DNA of 32,240 bases from an archaeon. GTDB lineage: Archaea; Iainarchaeota; Iainarchaeia; Iainarchaeales; 1-14-0-10-31-34. The notes under the pieces are model-generated. The model saw nothing but the letters and a program-made list of their open reading frames with translations, was not told the origin of the DNA and made no database searches. The translations under genes and the position numbers were made by a program. Location of the stretch: assembly GCA_043815885.1 (NCBI GenBank), contig JBDRIL010000037.1:1-32240 (forward strand). Direction: 5' to 3'. This document shows, one piece after another, positions 27,280 through 32,240 of the stretch; the first letter of the stretch is position 1; every line of letters begins with the position of its first letter.

Positions 27280-28244
27280 TTTCAGTGATTATTCCTACTT
27301 TTAATGCAGAAAAAACGATTAAGGACTGTATTAATTCGATACTAAAACAAAAGATAAATGAAGAAATTGAATTGATTGTTGTTGATGATGGAAGCAATGA
27401 TAGGACAAGAGAGATATTAAAAAGTTTTGGAGGAAAGGCAAAATTAATAGAACAAAAACATAAAGGGCCAGCTGCAGCGAGAAACAACGGAGCAAAAAAT
27501 GCAAAAGGAGAGATAATCCTATTCACTGACTCTGATTGTGTGGTGGGAGAGAATTGGGTTGATGAAATGAGCAAGCCATTAAAGGAAAAAGAAGCGGTTG
27601 GAGTACAGGGAAGCTATAAAACAGAACAAAAGGAATTGATTGCAAGGTTTATTCAAATAGAGATAGAAGAAAGGTATGGAAAAATGAAAAAGGAAAAGTA
27701 TATTGACTTTATTGGAAGTTATTCTGCGGCATACTGGAAAGCTGTCTTCCAGGAATTCGGGGGATTTAATGAAAGTTTTTCAATTGCTTCGGGTGAAGAC
27801 CCTGAATTGAGTTACAGGATATCAGAAAAAGGATTAAAGATGGTTTTTAATCCAGGCGCAATCGTGTATCACACTCACCCGACAAGTATGCTCCAGTATT
27901 TTAAAATAAAATTCTTCAGAGGTTACTGGAGGGTATTGCTTTACAGAAAGCACAAGGAAAAGGCAGTAAAGGATTCATACACCCCGCAAGCACTCAAATT
28001 ACAGATTGGAGTTTTTTACTTGTTTTTTCTTTTATTGATTTCTTCAATTCTTTTAATGAGCGAATTAATTTTTATTTCAGGGGTTTTTTTGGGGGGTCTT
28101 TTTGTTTTAATGATTCCGTTCATTTATTTTGCATTAAAAAAAGATTTTATTGTTGGAATTATTTCTCCGATAATGCTGTTAATTAGGACTGCTGCTTTTT
28201 CTCTTGGATTGATTGCTGGATTGTTTGGAGGAATAAAAAAATGA
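27276..28244 (+). CDS. GT2 glycosyltransferase with C-terminal TM helices
   Basis: IPTFN, VDDGSND, GPAAARNNG, FTDSDC, GEDPEL, hydrophobic C-terminus. Confidence 0.9.
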   Translation: MISVIIPTFNAEKTIKDCINSILKQKINEEIELIVVDDGSNDRTREILKSFGGKAKLIEQKHKGPAAARNNGAKNAKGEIILFTDSDCVVGENWVDEMSKPLKEKEAVGVQGSYKTEQKELIARFIQIEIEERYGKMKKEKYIDFIGSYSAAYWKAVFQEFGGFNESFSIASGEDPELSYRISEKGLKMVFNPGAIVYHTHPTSMLQYFKIKFFRGYWRVLLYRKHKEKAVKDSYTPQALKLQIGVFYLFFLLLISSILLMSELIFISGVFLGGLFVLMIPFIYFALKKDFIVGIISPIMLLIRTAAFSLGLIAGLFGGIKK

Positions 28245-29350
28245 ATGTTCTTCATGTTTCGACACATTTCCATCCCTGTGTAGGGGGAAAAGAAAACTAT
28301 CTCCTGAATCTGTGTACTCATCTAAATGGATTAGGGCATAAAAATGAAGTCGTGTGCCTTAATACGTGTGCCAAATCAGACAAGAAATTAAAAGCAGAAG
28401 AAACATTTAAAGGAATAAAAATTCACAGAACAGAATACTTTGGCAAAGATTTATACAAAATTTCCCCAAAAGTAATTGGGTTCGCAACAAAAAAAGACAT
28501 TGATTTAATCCATGTTCACGGAATAGGGTTTTTATCTGATTACCTGGCTTTAACTAAAGCAATCCACAGAAAACCTTTGGTTTTGTCTACCCTTGGAGGT
28601 TTCTTTCACACAAAGGAAAAGATTTGGCTGAAGAAGGCATACCTCAATTCTTGGTGCAGGATTGTTTTTAGGGCATTTGATGGAATAATTGCAAGCGGGG
28701 TTAATGACTACAAGCTATTCAAGAAATTATCGCCAAAAACCAAATTAATTGAAGCAGGAGTGGAAATAAAAAAGTTTTCCAAGAAGAAGAAAAAAGAAAA
28801 AGGAAGGATATTGTTTCTGGGGAGGATTTCCAAAAACAAGAGAATCGACAACCTAATCAATACTTTCTTCTTTGTAGCGAAAGAAAAACCAAAAGCAAAA
28901 CTGGTCATAGCGGGAGAAGACTGGGAGGGATTATCGAAAGAATACGAAAAGCTGGTGAAAGAGAAAGGAATGAAAGGAAAGGTTTTCTTTAAAGGAAAGA
29001 TTAGTGAAAGAAAATTAGTAGAGGAAATCAGCAGGGCGGAATTCATTATATCTGCTTCCGAGTATGAAGGATTTGGTATTTCGGTGGTGGAGGGAATGGC
29101 TTCTGGAGCAATTCCAATATTAAACAAGATAAGTGCTTTTGAAAGGTTTGTAAGGAATGGAAGAAATGGTTTTTTGGTTGAGTTCAATGAAGCAAAAAAA
29201 GCTGGAGAAAAAATAAGTAGAATAATGAATTTAAATGAGAAAAAGAAAAAAAGGATTGCGGAAAAAGCAATTAAGTCTGTTCAAAAATACGACTGGAGTG
29301 AAGTGGTGAAAAGAATTGAAAAAGAATACAAGGATTGCATTAATAAATGA
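28241..29350 (+). CDS. GT4 glycosyltransferase
   Basis: HPCVGGKE, HVH, GRISKNKR, EYEGFGISVVEGM. Confidence 0.92.
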   Translation: MNVLHVSTHFHPCVGGKENYLLNLCTHLNGLGHKNEVVCLNTCAKSDKKLKAEETFKGIKIHRTEYFGKDLYKISPKVIGFATKKDIDLIHVHGIGFLSDYLALTKAIHRKPLVLSTLGGFFHTKEKIWLKKAYLNSWCRIVFRAFDGIIASGVNDYKLFKKLSPKTKLIEAGVEIKKFSKKKKKEKGRILFLGRISKNKRIDNLINTFFFVAKEKPKAKLVIAGEDWEGLSKEYEKLVKEKGMKGKVFFKGKISERKLVEEISRAEFIISASEYEGFGISVVEGMASGAIPILNKISAFERFVRNGRNGFLVEFNEAKKAGEKISRIMNLNEKKKKRIAEKAIKSVQKYDWSEVVKRIEKEYKDCINK

Positions 29351-30368
29351 TTACGCTGAAGGAACCGGAATAGGGAACTATGCATTTTCCTTACTCGGAG
29401 AACTAAAAAAACTAATTGATATTGAATTAATCCAGCTTGAAAAAGGATTTCCTTTTCCATTAATGAAAAAGACCCTAAATAATTACCTTTATTTTCCTGG
29501 AAGAATCCCCAGGAACTATGAGATATTTCATTTAAGCAACCAGTTTCTTTCAAGGATTGCTCAAAGGAACAAACCTTCTGTAATTACGTGCATGGATGTA
29601 ATCCCAAGAGCGTTAAAGGAAGACTACCCAAAGGCATTGGTATTTCTTCTTGATAAATGCATGAAGAAAATGAGTGAAGCTGAAAGCATAATTGTTCCAT
29701 CAGAATTCACGAAAAGAGAAATAAAAAAGTATTATGGAATCGGGGAAGAAGTAATCAAAGTAATTCCGTTGGGATATAACAAAAAAGTATTTAAGCCAAT
29801 GAAAAAAAGTATTGCGAGAAAGAAGTTAAGAATTAATAAGGATAAAAAAATCATTTTAAATGTAGGTTCTGAGGAACCAAGAAAAAATATCCCCCTTTTA
29901 ATTGATGCATTTGATGAATTGAGGGAACAGGAAAAGAAGGTTGAGTTAATCAGAGTGGGAGAAGAAAGAAAGGAAACAAGAAAATTAATAGAAAAGAAGA
30001 GACTGACAAAAGTGATAGCATATTATAATAATGTCCCTGAAGAAAAACTTGCATTACTCTATAACAGTGCTGATGTATTCGTTTTTCCTTCAACGTATGA
30101 GGGTTTTGGATTGCCATTGCTTGAAGCAATGGCCTGCAACACGCCAATCATTACAACGAGCGAGACAAGTATTCCTGAAGTAGTAGGAAAAAGTGCCTTG
30201 TTCTTGGAAGAAAAGAATTCAATCGAATTAAGAGAATTAATTAAAGAAGTATTGAATAACAATAAATTAAGAGAAAAAATAGTAAGACAAGGCAAAAAAC
30301 AGGTTAAAGGGTTTTCTTGGGAGAAATGTGCAAAGAAAACAATTGAAACTTATAAAGAGGTTCTTTAA
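29316..30368 (+). CDS. GT4 glycosyltransferase (mannosyltransferase-like group)
   Basis: TGIGNYA, PSEFTK, VGSEEPRKN, FPSTYEGFGLPLLEAMAC. Confidence 0.92.
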   Translation: MKKNTRIALINDYAEGTGIGNYAFSLLGELKKLIDIELIQLEKGFPFPLMKKTLNNYLYFPGRIPRNYEIFHLSNQFLSRIAQRNKPSVITCMDVIPRALKEDYPKALVFLLDKCMKKMSEAESIIVPSEFTKREIKKYYGIGEEVIKVIPLGYNKKVFKPMKKSIARKKLRINKDKKIILNVGSEEPRKNIPLLIDAFDELREQEKKVELIRVGEERKETRKLIEKKRLTKVIAYYNNVPEEKLALLYNSADVFVFPSTYEGFGLPLLEAMACNTPIITTSETSIPEVVGKSALFLEEKNSIELRELIKEVLNNNKLREKIVRQGKKQVKGFSWEKCAKKTIETYKEVL

Positions 30369-30992
30369 ATGGATGCAGAAAAGAATTACAGTAGAATCTG
30401 TAATGAAAGAGGAAGGAAAAAGATTAGGAAAGTGTTTTTTCCCATAGAACCAAAGAAATTCATTGATGAAAAGATCATTCTTAAGGGCGAGGTACTGGAT
30501 TTTGGGTGTGGAATTAATTCATTTTACTATTCTAAAACCAAAAAAGATGGGGGGAAATACACTGGATTTGATTTAGACGAAGAAACAGTGAAATGGCTTA
30601 AAGAAAAAAGAGCATTCTTTGATTTCTGGAAAGAAGAAAAACAATTTGATTTTATTATTGCATCTCATGTCTATGAACACCTAGAAAAAAAAGAGAGAGA
30701 AAAATTCATTAAAAGGTCCCTGAAGCTCTTGAAGAAAGAAGGGCATCTACTAGTGGGTTTCCCTAACGCGCTTAACCTGAGTGGACTAGAGTACTGGAAA
30801 GACAAGACACATGAAGTTCCGCCATCTCCTTTTGATGAAGGAAATTACATTGAATTATTTGGATTCAGTACTGAAACAATTCTTATAGGCATAAGTGTTT
30901 GGCCGCCACACAATTTTTTCAGATTAATCGCTAATCTATTACTTGGTTTTTCACCACAGCATTATTGTCTGGTGCTGTGCAAAAAGAACTAA
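30369..30992 (+). CDS. Class I SAM-dependent methyltransferase
   Basis: VLDFGCG, GFDLD, SHVYEHL, FPN, WKDKTH. Confidence 0.85.
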   Translation: MDAEKNYSRICNERGRKKIRKVFFPIEPKKFIDEKIILKGEVLDFGCGINSFYYSKTKKDGGKYTGFDLDEETVKWLKEKRAFFDFWKEEKQFDFIIASHVYEHLEKKEREKFIKRSLKLLKKEGHLLVGFPNALNLSGLEYWKDKTHEVPPSPFDEGNYIELFGFSTETILIGISVWPPHNFFRLIANLLLGFSPQHYCLVLCKKN

Positions 30993-31906
30993 TAGCCTTT
31001 TCCCTTTTGAACTGCAAAGAGAGAAATTATTAATCCATGGATCATCCCCAAACCAAATAAAAGAAAGGTTAAAGTTCTCCCAAAAGAATAAGGATTTCTT
31101 TTTTTAATTGAATCAAGTATGATAGACAAAAAGATTAATATAAAAGGAATCAAGAAAACAAGGAACAGGGAATTAATTAAAGAGAGTAATGTGCCGACAA
31201 AGGAAAGAAAATAGATTGGCCTCAAATAAACCCTAAAAAATTGTTTCAGTAAAGACTTCCTTATTTTGGAGAGAAACATGACTGATGTTTTGCCATACCA
31301 TTTTGCTTGTTTATACATTTCGCTTAAGGAATGGACTCCATGGCCAGAGAAATAAGCGTCAGAAACAACCTTTTCCCTTAATCCTTTCTCTTGTTCGTAT
31401 TCCCTTAGTCTTTCAACAAGTACTTGGTCTTCACCGAAACCAATTTCAGGAAACCCCCCAACTTTCAAGAAAACACTTGCTATAATAAATTTTGGTTCCA
31501 TTGAGATTCCCTTAGGTAAAGTAACAATTTTCTCCAATAAAGTACATTGAATCGTTTTGTAGGAGGTATAGACTGCTACAACAGTTTTGTCTTCAAATTC
31601 TTTCAGACATCTAGCGAAAAACTGCTTATCTTCAATTAATGAATCAGCATCCAAAAAACAAATAATTTCAGCATCAGAATATCTCGCTCCTTTATTTCGA
31701 CAAAAAGCAGGACCTCCCTTTTTAGGTCTATTGAGTATCACGCTTGCTCCTTTTTTCTTGGCTGTTTCAACAGTTCTGTCTTTGCTTCCATCGTCAACAA
31801 CAATTATTTCTTTATTTTTATAGGAAGCATTTTTTATTGAATCAATTAATCTTCCAATGTTTTCTTCTTCATTTAGAGTAGGAATTATTATTGCTATTTT
31901 CTTCAT
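30989..31906 (-). CDS. GT2 glycosyltransferase with C-terminal TM helices
   Basis: IPTLNEE, VDDGSKD, RNKGA, FLDAD, GGFPE..FGED. The ATG at 31906 is preferred over 31939. Confidence 0.9.
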   Translation of the reverse strand: MKKIAIIIPTLNEEENIGRLIDSIKNASYKNKEIIVVDDGSKDRTVETAKKKGASVILNRPKKGGPAFCRNKGARYSDAEIICFLDADSLIEDKQFFARCLKEFEDKTVVAVYTSYKTIQCTLLEKIVTLPKGISMEPKFIIASVFLKVGGFPEIGFGEDQVLVERLREYEQEKGLREKVVSDAYFSGHGVHSLSEMYKQAKWYGKTSVMFLSKIRKSLLKQFFRVYLRPIYFLSFVGTLLSLINSLFLVFLIPFILIFLSIILDSIKKRNPYSFGRTLTFLLFGLGMIHGLIISLFAVQKGKGY

Positions 31907-31964
31907 AAAAAATCCTTTTTTCTCGAGAATATACTTCATAATATTCTTTTAAATTCATTAAAAT

Positions 31965-32240
31965 TCAAGATATTTCTTTGTATATTTTAATATATTTTTT
32001 CATCACCTCGTCTTTGTTGAACGTATGAGCCAGCCTCCTCGAAACTTTAATTGCTCTTTGGCGGAATTTTTTGTCAGTCAAAATCTTTTCAAGCAATCCA
32101 GCAAGTTCTTCACTATTGTCTCTTTCCACAACAAGAACCTCGTCTTTTTTATTGTCTTGAGAACCTATGCCGTCCGTACAAATCACTGGCTTTCCTATAG
32201 CCACTGCCTCCATCAGACTCAATCCAAATGCATCTCCATG
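31965..32240 (-). CDS. GT4 glycosyltransferase, C-terminal part (continues beyond the window)
   Basis: The frame is open to the window end and reads HGDAFGLSLMEAVAIGKPVICTD. Confidence 0.8.
   Translation of the reverse strand, partial: HGDAFGLSLMEAVAIGKPVICTDGIGSQDNKKDEVLVVERDNSEELAGLLEKILTDKKFRQRAIKVSRRLAHTFNKDEVMKKYIKIYKEIS

Overview
AT-rich, densely packed archaeal window. A DPANN-like origin (e.g. Diapherotrites/Iainarchaeota) is inferred from TBP, AglB, a stand-alone 5S rRNA and Lys-rich proteins, but is not proven. The left part (1-7.7 kb) holds a partial TOPRIM-like gene, a TATA-binding protein with a histone-H1-like Lys-rich tail, a 5S rRNA gene, a Kef-type antiporter, and a convergent block lsrF-like thiolase > Zn-dehydrogenase > < thiC < mtnA. 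The rest (7.8-32.2 kb) is a large N-glycosylation/surface-glycan locus: AglB/STT3, Alg7/AglH-like, Alg14-like, Alg13-like (frameshifted at an A10 tract), a GT-C protein, five GT2s, four GT4s, two NDP-sugar SDRs, a UDP-GlcNAc 2-epimerase, two methyltransferases and four radical SAM enzymes (three B12-binding). The best candidate for a new system is MtnA + Zn-dehydrogenase + LsrF acting as an oxidative/thiolytic 5'-deoxyadenosine salvage route (5-deoxyribulose-1-P -> P-HPD -> DHAP + acetyl-CoA), next to five radical SAM genes. Also notable is a four-copy nested palindrome (TATCAAARGACA) in the divergent intergenic region at 19311-19402. All product calls come from motif recognition by eye; no database searches were run.
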